Below are positions 55,742-64,000 of a stretch of DNA of 64,000 bases, piece by piece; within the stretch, counting starts at the first letter, position 1, and each line of letters begins with the position of its first letter. A program made the translations under genes and the position numbers. The notes below the pieces were generated by a model, which made no database searches, had not been told where the DNA came from, and saw only the letters and a program-made list of their open reading frames with translations. Source of the stretch: Candidatus Omnitrophota bacterium (GTDB taxonomy: Bacteria > Omnitrophota > Gorgyraeia > Duberdicusellales > 4484-171); contig JBAWWL010000010.1 of NCBI GenBank assembly GCA_037146775.1, positions 12,963 to 76,962 of the forward strand. The letters are read 5' to 3'.

Positions 55742-57034
55742 TTATTTTGCCAGTACGCGCTTTTTTACCGCTTGTATTTCGTGTGCTACTTCCTCCGGAG
55801 TTTTAATCCCCATTACAATTTGCTGTAATCCTTTATCGATGACTTCTATTACCCGTGAATCTTCGTTGTATGGCCATATATTGGGATGGGTAAGTATGGT
55901 TAGGTCTTTCAGGAGAGGCTTAAGGACAGTCGGAATATTTTCATCGCAATTACGGATAGCGGGTAGATTATTCGTTTCTTTTATGAGAAATTCTTGCTGT
56001 GGTTTTTCCGTCAACCATTGCAATAACTTTACCGCTTCTTCCTTGTTTGGTGAATGAGAATTTACTATAAACGCGGCGCCCGCTCCGCCCCAGATTTTTG
56101 CGGGAAATTTTTCTGATATTTTTGGCAGCGGAAAAAATCCATAATTTAGGTCCGGACCAAGCTGTTTATATACGTTTACCGTCCAGCTGCCGTTGAATGA
56201 GAAGGCAGCTTGGCCTTTTGAGAATTGGTCTTCTGCTTCTTTGTTGATCATGGTAGTGATATTCGGTGAGAGAATGCCGGCATCTCGTAACTCTGCAAAG
56301 AGCGAAAACACCGTAATCCAATCTTTGTCGGTATAAGGAACCGTTCCTTGGATCGTTTTAAAAAACTTTTCTTCGCCCATAAGGTTTATGGCCCATTCGG
56401 TAGCGAGACAATCTAAAAGCCATCCTTCGCCCCAGCCACACACAAAACCGTTTACTTTCTGGGACGCTTTTATCTTTTTAGCGTATGCTATGAATTCAGC
56501 GAGTGTTTTTGGGGGTTGATTCGGATCAATTCCTGCATCACTAAAAAGCTTTTTATTATAAATAAACTCTATGAGCGTCGTGTCGATGGGAACGCCGTAA
56601 ATACCGGGAGTTACTCCGTATGTATTACCTGGTTTAAAAATTGTGACTTCCAGGGCTTGGTTATAAAACGAATCTTTCCAGGCGTTATTGCCTGCTTCCA
56701 TATAAGGAGTTAAATCTAAAATGTATCCGGCTTTTACAAAAGAACCGACAGTTCTTTTTTCTCCCAGGATACCGAATATTTCCGGCAAATTTCCGGCTCT
56801 GGCTGCGGCGATAACTTTTTGCGAATAAATGTCAGGAGGAAAGAAAAGTTTAAATTCAACATCGATACCGGTTTTTTCTTTGTATTGTTTGGAGAGTGTC
56901 TCGAAGGCTGGTTTTCGGTCGTTCATCCAGTGCCAAATAACGATCTTTTTGGACGTCGATTTTTGCTGGGCACAACCGCTGGCTAACAATAAAATTACCG
57001 TGAGTATTTTTACCAGTCGTAATGCAGGACGCAT
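55742..57034 (-). CDS. Extracellular solute-binding protein (sugar ABC transporter, family 1)
   Basis: Lipoprotein-type signal (LLLASGCAQ). 430 aa with SBP_bac_1-like organisation. Confidence 0.7.
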   Translation of the reverse strand: MRPALRLVKILTVILLLASGCAQQKSTSKKIVIWHWMNDRKPAFETLSKQYKEKTGIDVEFKLFFPPDIYSQKVIAAARAGNLPEIFGILGEKRTVGSFVKAGYILDLTPYMEAGNNAWKDSFYNQALEVTIFKPGNTYGVTPGIYGVPIDTTLIEFIYNKKLFSDAGIDPNQPPKTLAEFIAYAKKIKASQKVNGFVCGWGEGWLLDCLATEWAINLMGEEKFFKTIQGTVPYTDKDWITVFSLFAELRDAGILSPNITTMINKEAEDQFSKGQAAFSFNGSWTVNVYKQLGPDLNYGFFPLPKISEKFPAKIWGGAGAAFIVNSHSPNKEEAVKLLQWLTEKPQQEFLIKETNNLPAIRNCDENIPTVLKPLLKDLTILTHPNIWPYNEDSRVIEVIDKGLQQIVMGIKTPEEVAHEIQAVKKRVLAK

Positions 57035-57157
57035 AATGCCTCCTTTAGTTTATTGATGGCGTAAAAAGAAAAATACTGTAACATATTTTACTTGGGAATG
57101 CAACTTATTTAAAAGTCGTTTACTATATCTGGCAAAAATGAATATTTTGTGCCGGTA

Positions 57158-58009
57158 TTAATCGAACACGACCGTTTTGTTGTTGTAAGCAAGGACCTTT
57201 CGTTCCAGGTGCCAGCGAACTGCCCGGTTTAACACCACTTTTTCTAGGTCTTCCCCTTTCCGTTTCAAATCTTCGAACGTGTCGCGATGACTGACTCGTA
57301 CCGTATCCTGTTCAATGATTGGCCCTCTATCGAGTTGTTCGGTAACATAATGACTGGTTGCGCCGATAATTTTTACTCCCCTGCGATATGCTTTTTCGTA
57401 GGGCTTACGGCCTACAAACGCCGGCAAAAAAGAATGATGGATATTGATAACGCGATTCGGGAACTTTTCAACAAATTGTTTAGTTAAAATTTGTGTATAG
57501 CGCGCCAGCACGATTATTTCAACGTGTTTTTTCTCCAGGAGAGTTATTGTGCGGTTTTCTGTCGGCCGTTTATTTTTTTTTGTAACTTTGAATTCAAAGA
57601 ATTCGATACCGAAATGTTTTGCGATCGGCCGCGCAACCGGATGATTACTGATAATACACGGGATGTGACAGTTGAGTTGATCGCTCTTGTAGCGCAGGAG
57701 CAGGTCATAAAGGCAATGAGTATAACGCGAGACAAAAACAGCCATTTGAGGTTTCTCGAAGCTTGCGTGAAGCGACCAGTTCATTTTAAACCCAGCCGCC
57801 AGAGGCGAAAATGCTTTTACGATATTTTCTTTAGCGATCTTAAAACTATCGAGTGACCATTCGATACGCATAAAGAAGGTGTTTGTCTGGCTGTCGATAT
57901 GCTGATCAGCGTGCTCTATGTTGCCGCCATGCTGATAGATAAAATTAGATATTTTGGCGGTAATTCCTTTTTGATCCGGGCAGGAAACAAGTAAAATCGC
58001 GGTATTCAT
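57158..58009 (-). CDS. purU: Formyltetrahydrofolate deformylase
   Basis: N-terminal ACT domain followed by a formyltransferase core (…NIHHSFLPAFVG…). 283 aa. Confidence 0.75.
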   Translation of the reverse strand: MNTAILLVSCPDQKGITAKISNFIYQHGGNIEHADQHIDSQTNTFFMRIEWSLDSFKIAKENIVKAFSPLAAGFKMNWSLHASFEKPQMAVFVSRYTHCLYDLLLRYKSDQLNCHIPCIISNHPVARPIAKHFGIEFFEFKVTKKNKRPTENRTITLLEKKHVEIIVLARYTQILTKQFVEKFPNRVINIHHSFLPAFVGRKPYEKAYRRGVKIIGATSHYVTEQLDRGPIIEQDTVRVSHRDTFEDLKRKGEDLEKVVLNRAVRWHLERKVLAYNNKTVVFD

Positions 58010-58115
58010 AAGAAATTAAATTATATAGTATTTCCCTAAGAAAATCAAATACTTTTTCGAAACAAGCCCTGCTATTTGGAAGGTGCGCAATATGTGCAGA
58101 GACGTGTAAGCCGAC

Positions 58116-60080
58116 TTACGTGCGGGCTTTGCCGTGCTTTTTGAATATCGCTTCTATTTCGTCGTAATCAAGCTCATCTTTTTCGATCAAACTAGCTGCC
58201 ATTTCGTCGACGATGTCCCAGTTTTTACGCAGAATTTCTTCGGTTTCGCGCATGCATTCTTGCAGGATCTCATTACCGTCTTTATCGAGTTGGTCATAGA
58301 AGTAGGGTAGTGCGCGGTTTTGGAAAAACGAGCCCTTGAAATCTCCGACATAACCGGATTTACCCATGCCTAAGCGCCAGGTCATCAAATAAGCCAATCG
58401 GGTTGCTTCTTCGAAATCAGAGCCTGTGCCGACAGACGTGACGCCGTATTTAATTTTTTCCGAGGCATAACCGGCCAGAAAACTTTTGATGTTGGCGAGC
58501 AAATGATTTTTGTCGCGAATAGTAATTTCTTCTTTTTCCGGGGTCCAGGTCACTCCTCCGGCTCCGCCGCGCGGGATAATGGTAACTTTGAATACATCCT
58601 GGAAGGGTACCGCGATATAGGTAACCACCGCATGACCGCTTTCGTGATAAGCGACTCGCTCTCTTTCTTGAGGGCTGTAGCGGCATTTGCGTTTTAATCC
58701 TAATTCGATACGTTCGCGTGCCTCATTAATTTCTTTCATAGTAACTAATTCTTTGTTGGCGCGCACGGCAATAAGCGCCGCTTCGCGTACCATATTAGAG
58801 ATTTCCGCAGGAGTGCTTTGTACGGCCAAACGTGCGAGTTTGTCAATTTTTACATTTTCTTTATCGTATTTTATTTTATTGAGATAGTACTGGAATATTG
58901 CTTCTCTTTCGTCTAGATTCGGCAGCGTTATAGAGATGTGCCTATCAAATCTTCCCGGCCTAAGCAATGCGGGGTCAAGGAAATCGGGATCCATATTGGT
59001 TGCACCAATGACGACAATATTGTATTCGGCGTCTTTGTCTTTCAAGCCGTCCATTTCAACCAAGAGTTGATTCAAAGTTTGATTATGTTCGCTTTGCCCG
59101 CCGCCGCCGGTTTCTGCTCTGCGTTTTGCGCCGACCGCATCAATTTCATCGATAAAAACGACACAACCGCCCTTTTCTTGGGCTGATTCTTTTGCTTCCA
59201 TGAAAAGTCGTCTGATTCTGCTGGCGCCGACACCGACATACATTTCCACAAATTCTGAACCAGCTCGCGCTAAAAACGGCACTCCGGCTTCATTTGCCAT
59301 GGCGGTTGCGAGATATGTTTTTCCACATCCGGGTGGCCCAAGCATCAGTAACCCGCGCAAAATCTTACCGCCTATTTTTTGTACCTGCGCCCGGTCTTTA
59401 ATCAGTTTAACGATTTCCATCCCTTCCTGCTTAACCTCTTCCATGCCCACCACGTCATCCCATCCGATAAGATGTGCGTCCTTATTTTTTTGTAACGAAG
59501 CTTCTCGTAGCTCTTCTATGGTAGGTCGGCGTACGCCTTCTTGAACGAATATCGCTTCTATCTCGGTATAGATAAGTTCGTTTTTTTGGATCAGCTTCTC
59601 GGCAAATATTTCAACCAGTTTCCAGTTTTGACGCAGGATGCTTTTTACTTCCAAGATAGTGCTTTCTATAATGTCTTGTGCGTCCTTATCTAGCTCTTCG
59701 CGTATCAGGTGAGAAATCCATCGACCTTCTTTATCCTCAAAATTTCCTATATAACCGGAATGTCCCATCCCCCAACGCCAGGTCATGTCGTGTGCCGCAC
59801 GCGTAGCACTTTCAAATTCCCGGTCAACATTATTAGAGGTGGTACCAAACTTAGTTTTCTCGGCGACAAAACCGGCGATATACACTTTGATTTCCGTAAG
59901 CAATAAAAATTTATCGCGAGAATAGGTTTTTTCTTTATCGGTTATCCAGGTAAGGCCAGTATTCGATTCTGGCGAGGTAAGAGTAGTTTTCGAAATATCT
60001 TTATTCGGCGCACATAGGTAAGTGATAACAATATGTCCGGATTCGTGATAGGCGGATCTCTGTTTTTCAAGCAAATTCAT
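58116..60080 (-). CDS. Atypical soluble FtsH-like AAA+ metalloprotease with duplicated M41 domains (M41-AAA-M41)
   Basis: No TM helix. First M41 domain: residues 10-180 with HESGH plus …SNNVDREFESAT. AAA+ domain: Walker A GPPGCGKT, Walker B VVFIDEID, pore loop MYVG, SRH ATN…RPGRFDR. Second M41 domain: HESGH plus …GSDFEEAT. 654 aa. Confidence 0.7.
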   Translation of the reverse strand: MNLLEKQRSAYHESGHIVITYLCAPNKDISKTTLTSPESNTGLTWITDKEKTYSRDKFLLLTEIKVYIAGFVAEKTKFGTTSNNVDREFESATRAAHDMTWRWGMGHSGYIGNFEDKEGRWISHLIREELDKDAQDIIESTILEVKSILRQNWKLVEIFAEKLIQKNELIYTEIEAIFVQEGVRRPTIEELREASLQKNKDAHLIGWDDVVGMEEVKQEGMEIVKLIKDRAQVQKIGGKILRGLLMLGPPGCGKTYLATAMANEAGVPFLARAGSEFVEMYVGVGASRIRRLFMEAKESAQEKGGCVVFIDEIDAVGAKRRAETGGGGQSEHNQTLNQLLVEMDGLKDKDAEYNIVVIGATNMDPDFLDPALLRPGRFDRHISITLPNLDEREAIFQYYLNKIKYDKENVKIDKLARLAVQSTPAEISNMVREAALIAVRANKELVTMKEINEARERIELGLKRKCRYSPQERERVAYHESGHAVVTYIAVPFQDVFKVTIIPRGGAGGVTWTPEKEEITIRDKNHLLANIKSFLAGYASEKIKYGVTSVGTGSDFEEATRLAYLMTWRLGMGKSGYVGDFKGSFFQNRALPYFYDQLDKDGNEILQECMRETEEILRKNWDIVDEMAASLIEKDELDYDEIEAIFKKHGKART

Positions 60081-60411
60081 AACCTACTCCTGATTTTTAG
60101 TAAAGTTATTGCTATAACAAACATAAATAATATAACATAACAACCACTAAAAACAATGAATTTTTTGTCAGAGCTTGTTTGGTTTTTATTCTGTTACTTA
60201 AACAACACGCTTTACCGGCCGATTTTTTCCAAAAAAATTAGTTATTTTAATCTTATTATAAAAAATACTGTTAACCGGAAAAATGCCTTTGTCTACTACC
60301 CCACAGGCCTTCGGTCTGGGGAGTTAAAATGTTTTATAAGTGCCTTATACTCATCGCGTTGAGTAATTAGTGAACTGCACCATTTGGTTCTCGGCATTTT
60401 TCCCGGTAGCC

Positions 60412-60432
60412 CAGCAGGCCGAAGGCCTGTTG
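60412..60432 (+). other. Hairpin cagcaggcc-GAA-ggcctgttg (9-bp stem, one G·U)
   Basis: Read directly from sequence. Intergenic between the divergent ftsH-like genes. Confidence 0.4.
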
Positions 60433-60449
60433 GATAACCTCGCTGTGAT

Positions 60450-60496
60450 CTGAATTTTACCTTTAAATATCAAAGAAATATAAGGGTAAAATTCAG
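60450..60496 (+). other. Perfect 12-bp inverted repeat ctgaattttacc / ggtaaaattcag with a 23-nt AT-rich loop
   Basis: Read directly from sequence. Confidence 0.45.
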
Positions 60497-60512
60497 CGGC
60501 GCCCCACAGGGC

Positions 60513-60543
60513 AAAAAAATGCATTTTCTAAATGCATTTTTTG
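60513..60543 (+). terminator. AT-rich terminator-like hairpin (A7-tgcattt-tct-aaatgca-T6), potentially bidirectional
   Basis: A-tract, then a 7-14-bp stem, then a T-tract. Low GC, so likely a weak terminator. Confidence 0.35.
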
Positions 60544-60556
60544 GGTTAATCTTATT

Positions 60557-60585
60557 TTGACAAAGCCTTAAAGATATGGTATCCT
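60557..60585 (+). promoter_or_regulatory. Candidate sigma70-type promoter for the ftsH-like gene (TTGACA - 17 bp - TATCCT)
   Basis: Consensus -35 hexamer at 60557-60562, a 17-bp spacer, and a -10-like TATCCT. AGGTG SD 7 nt before the ATG at 60601. Confidence 0.35.
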
Positions 60586-60600
60586 TTTGCAGGTGTTATT

Positions 60601-62274
60601 ATGAATACAAAATTAAAAATATTTTGGCGGTTATATTGGCTGCGTATTCTTGTCATTACTATTGTCACCATCCTCCTTATCTCCTTAATATTCGTTATCG
60701 TTGCCGGCATAAACTCCTACACTAAAATGGAATCCTTCTATAAAGAGCAGATGAAAGCTAGCATGGCAATGCAATTCTATTTATATGTGGTGGGCGGCTT
60801 AATTACCGCCGTTGTCTATGTTTATCTCTTTACTACGATGATGCATCGCGGAGGCGGAATGCGAGAATTTTCTAAAATACAGACAAAGTCGGTAAAAGGC
60901 GAAGAAATCGGGGTAAAGTGGAAAGACGTTATCGGAATGGAGGAAGTTAAACGAGAGGCCTGGGAAGCGGTAGAGCTAATAAAAGAGCGGGCACGCCTGC
61001 AAAGAATGGGCGGACAAATCATTCGCGGTGTTTTATTAGTTGGGCCTCCGGGTGTAGGAAAAACTTACCTGGCAAAAGCCATAGCTACAGAATGTAATCT
61101 GCCGTTTTTATCTGTTATCGGTAGCGAGCTTGAAGGTATTTTTGTAGGTTTAGGGGCAATGAAAATCCGCAAACTCTTTAAGGCTGCCCGTGAGCTTGCG
61201 GAGCTACAAGACGGATGTATAATCTTTATCGATGAAGTTGATTCGGTAGCTCGGCCGCGGCGAGCAGGCGTTGGGCTTGGCGGAGCAGAAAGTTATAATA
61301 TGGCAGTAAACCAACTGCTTGCGGAAATGGATGGTTTAAGGTCAAAAGAATATAACGTTGTAGTAATCGCTGCTACCAATGTCCCCGAAAACGAACTGGA
61401 GCCTGCGTTGATGCGCGCAGGAAGGTTTGATCGTAAAATATATATCGGTTTGCCGACCCTTGAGGACCGCGAAGCAATATTTAGATTTTATCTCAGTACG
61501 CTCCAGTACGATAGGCAAGGTATCAGATTTGACCATTTGGCGCGTCTAAGCGTAGGTAATACTCCCGCAGATATCGCGAATATTGTCCGTGAGGCATCTT
61601 TAATTGCGGTAAGAAACAGGCGCGAAATTATTACCATGAAAGAAATTGCCGACGCGCGCGAACGTATTACTTTGGGCCTGAAAAGAAAAATTAAATATAG
61701 CCCCCAAGAACGCGAGCGTGTATCCTATCATGAAGCCGGCCACGTGGTAGTAACATACATAGCCGTTCCTTTTAAGGATGTTTTTAAGGCAACCATTATA
61801 CCGCGCGGTTATTCCGGAGGGGTTACCTGGGTTCCGGAAAAAGAAGGAATTGAAATACAAGACAAAAACCACCTTTTAGGAAATATCAAAAGTGATCTGG
61901 GTGGTTATGTCGCCGAAAAAATTAAATACGGCATCACCTCCGTAGGTGTAGAGCAAGACTTTAAGAGCGCAACGGAAATTGCCTATAGAATGGTATGGAG
62001 CTTGGGCATGGGCAATACGGAATATATCGGTGATTTTCGCAGCCAGATATTTAAAGAAAGATACCCTCCAGGATTTTTTAGCGAGCTAGATAAAAACGCC
62101 AACGATATCTTAAAAGAATCAATGGTCGAAACTGAAGATATATTGCGAAAAAACTGGGTTATCGTTGAAGAAATCGCAAAGCAGCTTATTGAGAAAGACG
62201 AACTGAATTATGACGAAATCGATGAAATCTTTAAAGCTCATAATAAAGGGCCATCTCAAACACCTTCTGTTTAG
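60601..62274 (+). CDS. FtsH-like membrane AAA+ zinc metalloprotease (short periplasmic loop)
   Basis: Two N-terminal TM helices separated by only about 20 aa. Walker A GPPGVGKT, Walker B IIFIDEVD, pore loop IFVG, SRH. M41 domain with HEAGH plus …EQDFKSAT. 557 aa. Confidence 0.75.
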   Translation: MNTKLKIFWRLYWLRILVITIVTILLISLIFVIVAGINSYTKMESFYKEQMKASMAMQFYLYVVGGLITAVVYVYLFTTMMHRGGGMREFSKIQTKSVKGEEIGVKWKDVIGMEEVKREAWEAVELIKERARLQRMGGQIIRGVLLVGPPGVGKTYLAKAIATECNLPFLSVIGSELEGIFVGLGAMKIRKLFKAARELAELQDGCIIFIDEVDSVARPRRAGVGLGGAESYNMAVNQLLAEMDGLRSKEYNVVVIAATNVPENELEPALMRAGRFDRKIYIGLPTLEDREAIFRFYLSTLQYDRQGIRFDHLARLSVGNTPADIANIVREASLIAVRNRREIITMKEIADARERITLGLKRKIKYSPQERERVSYHEAGHVVVTYIAVPFKDVFKATIIPRGYSGGVTWVPEKEGIEIQDKNHLLGNIKSDLGGYVAEKIKYGITSVGVEQDFKSATEIAYRMVWSLGMGNTEYIGDFRSQIFKERYPPGFFSELDKNANDILKESMVETEDILRKNWVIVEEIAKQLIEKDELNYDEIDEIFKAHNKGPSQTPSV

Positions 62275-63061
62275 TTTACTTATTGCTTCACTCCTTTCCT
62301 GCGCCGCTGATACTCATACCACCTATTCGCGCAAAGACATCAAAACTATCATACTAAATCTTTGTAAAAACGAATTTAATATTGAGGTTAAGGTTTGGGA
62401 GTCCGGAGAGACTATATGGATTTATGCGCCGTTTGCCAACGTTCTTGATGAAAAACGGCAAATCAACAAAGATATCCAAGCCAATATCCGCAGAATATTT
62501 CTCTCCATTAGCCGTGTTATTTTGAGTATGGATAAAGCGCCGAAATTCTATGCGTTTGTATTTTCCGATACACAAGATATTGGTTTTGACGTGTACTATA
62601 TCGGTTTTGCCTACGATCTGGTTAAATTTGAACTTAACCATATTTCTTTAGGCCAAATGCAGGAGCGCCAGGCGGTATTGCAGTTATTAAACCCACAGGC
62701 GCTGGGAGATGTCGACGGAAACCATATTAATAAGTACGACATCAGCCTGGGAGAATTTGTTTCTTATCTTATCAAGCAAAACATTGAAAAAACTTTTTCT
62801 GCACCCGAGGTAAAAGATAATTTTAAAATTAACGAATTACAGACAAACTTTACAAATGGCAAACTCGAGATTACCTTTGATATTATGGTACAAAAATATC
62901 GCGAAGGGCTTGCATATCCTTTTGACGAAATTACCGCGATCACGAAAAGATTTTTGAAGATTTATGATTTCCCGGCCGACTTGACAGAAGTGGAAATTAA
63001 GGATAACTTCAATAAAAAAACCCGCTTTTATTCCAGAGAAGTCCTCAAAGAAGGAAAATAA
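62210..63061 (+). CDS. Hypothetical lipoprotein
   Basis: Signal peptide with LLSC lipobox. Overlaps the 3' end of the ftsH-like gene by 65 bp. 283 aa. Confidence 0.4.
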   Translation: MTKSMKSLKLIIKGHLKHLLFSLLIASLLSCAADTHTTYSRKDIKTIILNLCKNEFNIEVKVWESGETIWIYAPFANVLDEKRQINKDIQANIRRIFLSISRVILSMDKAPKFYAFVFSDTQDIGFDVYYIGFAYDLVKFELNHISLGQMQERQAVLQLLNPQALGDVDGNHINKYDISLGEFVSYLIKQNIEKTFSAPEVKDNFKINELQTNFTNGKLEITFDIMVQKYREGLAYPFDEITAITKRFLKIYDFPADLTEVEIKDNFNKKTRFYSREVLKEGK

Positions 63062-63085
63062 TTTCCTGTTGTAACCAGAAGAATT

Positions 63086-63523
63086 TTAAATTTCTGTAGC
63101 GTTTTCGAGGAAAGGAAGTATTTTTTGTTTATCCTGAAGCGATCTGCCGCTTACTTCTATCTGAAGAGAACCGCTTTGTATCCGAGCGCTTCGGTCTTTT
63201 ACTTCTGCAGGGCCGATAACGAACGTCCCGGGCTTAGCTGCAGTCAATTTATATTCTAATTTCAGCGTCATTATTGTTTTGCCTGCTTTGGTAACGTAAT
63301 TACGTGATTGAGCCTCGGCGACAACAATGAAATCTTTTAATACCGGGAGAGTTAATTGTGGATCGCTAAATTTACCCTCGATAGTTATGGTGTAGGTAAA
63401 AATCTCGCCTGTTTCAATATGATCTTTGTCGGCGGTTGCGTTAACGGTATTTGCGTCTTGGCAGAACGCAAGCGCAAAGAATATATAGAACGAAAATAAA
63501 AAAATACTAACGAATCGTAACAT
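63086..63523 (-). CDS. Hypothetical secreted protein
   Basis: Signal peptide (MLRFVSIFLFSFYIFFALAFC). 145 aa. Confidence 0.35.
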   Translation of the reverse strand: MLRFVSIFLFSFYIFFALAFCQDANTVNATADKDHIETGEIFTYTITIEGKFSDPQLTLPVLKDFIVVAEAQSRNYVTKAGKTIMTLKLEYKLTAAKPGTFVIGPAEVKDRSARIQSGSLQIEVSGRSLQDKQKILPFLENATEI

Positions 63524-64000
63524 GTCTGTTTTTAATGGTAATCCGGTTTTCCGCCAATAATTTAACCGCCCGGGGATACAAAATGTGCTCTATTTTATGT
63601 ATCGCGGCTGTTAACCGTGCGAGGCTGGTGCCGGCTTTTATGGTTACTTTTTTCTGTAAAATAATCGGCCCATGATCGACTTTCTCATCCACAAAATGAA
63701 CCGTAACGCCGGTTACTTTACGGCCGCAGGCAAAGGCTCGCTCGATTGCCCGTTCGCCGCGAAAAGCCGGTAAAAGAGCAGGATGTATATTGATGATCCT
63801 GTGGTTATATCTCTTTACAAAATAAGGCGTGACAATTCGCATGAAACCTGCCAGGATTATTGCGTCGATATCCTCTTGCTCTAATATGCGGATAATCGCT
63901 TTATCAAACGCTAAGCGGGACGGGTAACATTTTGGATTCACGTACACATCCCGCACGCCGAATTTTTTTGCCCGGACACGGACAAAAGCATTCTCTTTAT
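63507..64000 (-). CDS. purN: Phosphoribosylglycinamide formyltransferase (partial, N-terminus beyond window)
   Basis: IINIHPALLPAFRG and VTGVTVHFVDEKVDHGPIILQ formyltransferase motifs. The canonical N-terminus is missing and the frame stays open to the window edge. Confidence 0.65.
   Translation of the reverse strand, partial: KENAFVRVRAKKFGVRDVYVNPKCYPSRLAFDKAIIRILEQEDIDAIILAGFMRIVTPYFVKRYNHRIINIHPALLPAFRGERAIERAFACGRKVTGVTVHFVDEKVDHGPIILQKKVTIKAGTSLARLTAAIHKIEHILYPRAVKLLAENRITIKNRHVTIR

Noticed and set aside
58086-58135. Imperfect hairpin between the ftsH-like gene end and the purU start as a terminator
   Set aside because: The stem is interrupted by mismatches and has no clear T-tract. 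It is too weak to call.
1-64000. tRNA / rRNA genes
   Set aside because: I scanned the few non-coding stretches (13668-13844, 14268-14669, 20711-21212, 22445-22730, 60081-60600) for GTTCRANYC T-loop and cloverleaf features. None were convincing. No rRNA-like conserved blocks were seen.

Overview
This 64-kb window is densely packed (about 90% coding) and low in GC. Nearly every gene is on the minus strand; the exceptions are one small ORF at 14670 and a divergent block at 60601-63061. The gene content points to an anaerobic diderm (LPS-bearing) bacterium, possibly from an uncultivated lineage.

Main blocks, in order:
- 52-7197: an operon for a group-4 (energy-converting, Ech/Mbh-type) [NiFe] hydrogenase, with a HydB/HydG-like (AsrA/AsrB-like) FeS/FAD-NAD(P)H module encoded directly upstream.
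- 7276-14267: housekeeping and small genes, including a proline iminopeptidase, KDPG aldolase Eda, an HMGL-like aldolase, a SYLF-domain protein and a double-length ThyX.
- 14960-20710: a four-gene cluster of a large outer-membrane beta-barrel plus three secreted proteins, resembling a highly divergent archaic chaperone-usher pilus locus.
- 21213-28345: a FeS-less HhH-GPD glycosylase, a DUF2752/TM2 pair, an AsmA-like protein, a peroxiredoxin, and a REC-degenerate GGDEF-MshEN c-di-GMP signalling protein.
- 28406-39520: an LPS lipid A-core cluster (four GT9 heptosyltransferases, deacetylase, GT4, a GT4-GT9 fusion, an LpxL-ELM1-like fusion, lpxK, waaA).
- 39680-44279: a conserved xerC/D-topA-dprA-aroK block.
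- 46760-47923: an acyl-CoA dehydrogenase.
- 49060-57034: a carbohydrate-uptake locus with two paralogous clan GH-A glycosidases, a tandem CBM-like protein and a sugar ABC transporter.
- 57158-58009 and 63507-64000: purU and purN.
- 58116-62274: a divergent pair of atypical FtsH-like AAA+ metalloproteases, one of them a soluble M41-AAA-M41 protein.

Non-coding signals that stand out:
- A degenerate 7-nt tandem array (TCTGNCT) present at two loci. One copy is intergenic, directly after a stop codon; the other encodes a heptad-repeat N-terminus.
- A perfect 34-bp tandem duplication across a stop codon.
- A 16-bp motif shared by two promoter regions.
- Hairpin/terminator-rich leaders at about 14470-14660 and 60296-60545.

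No rRNA, tRNA, CRISPR array or obvious mobile element was recognised. All calls are by eye from sequence and motifs; no database searches were possible.
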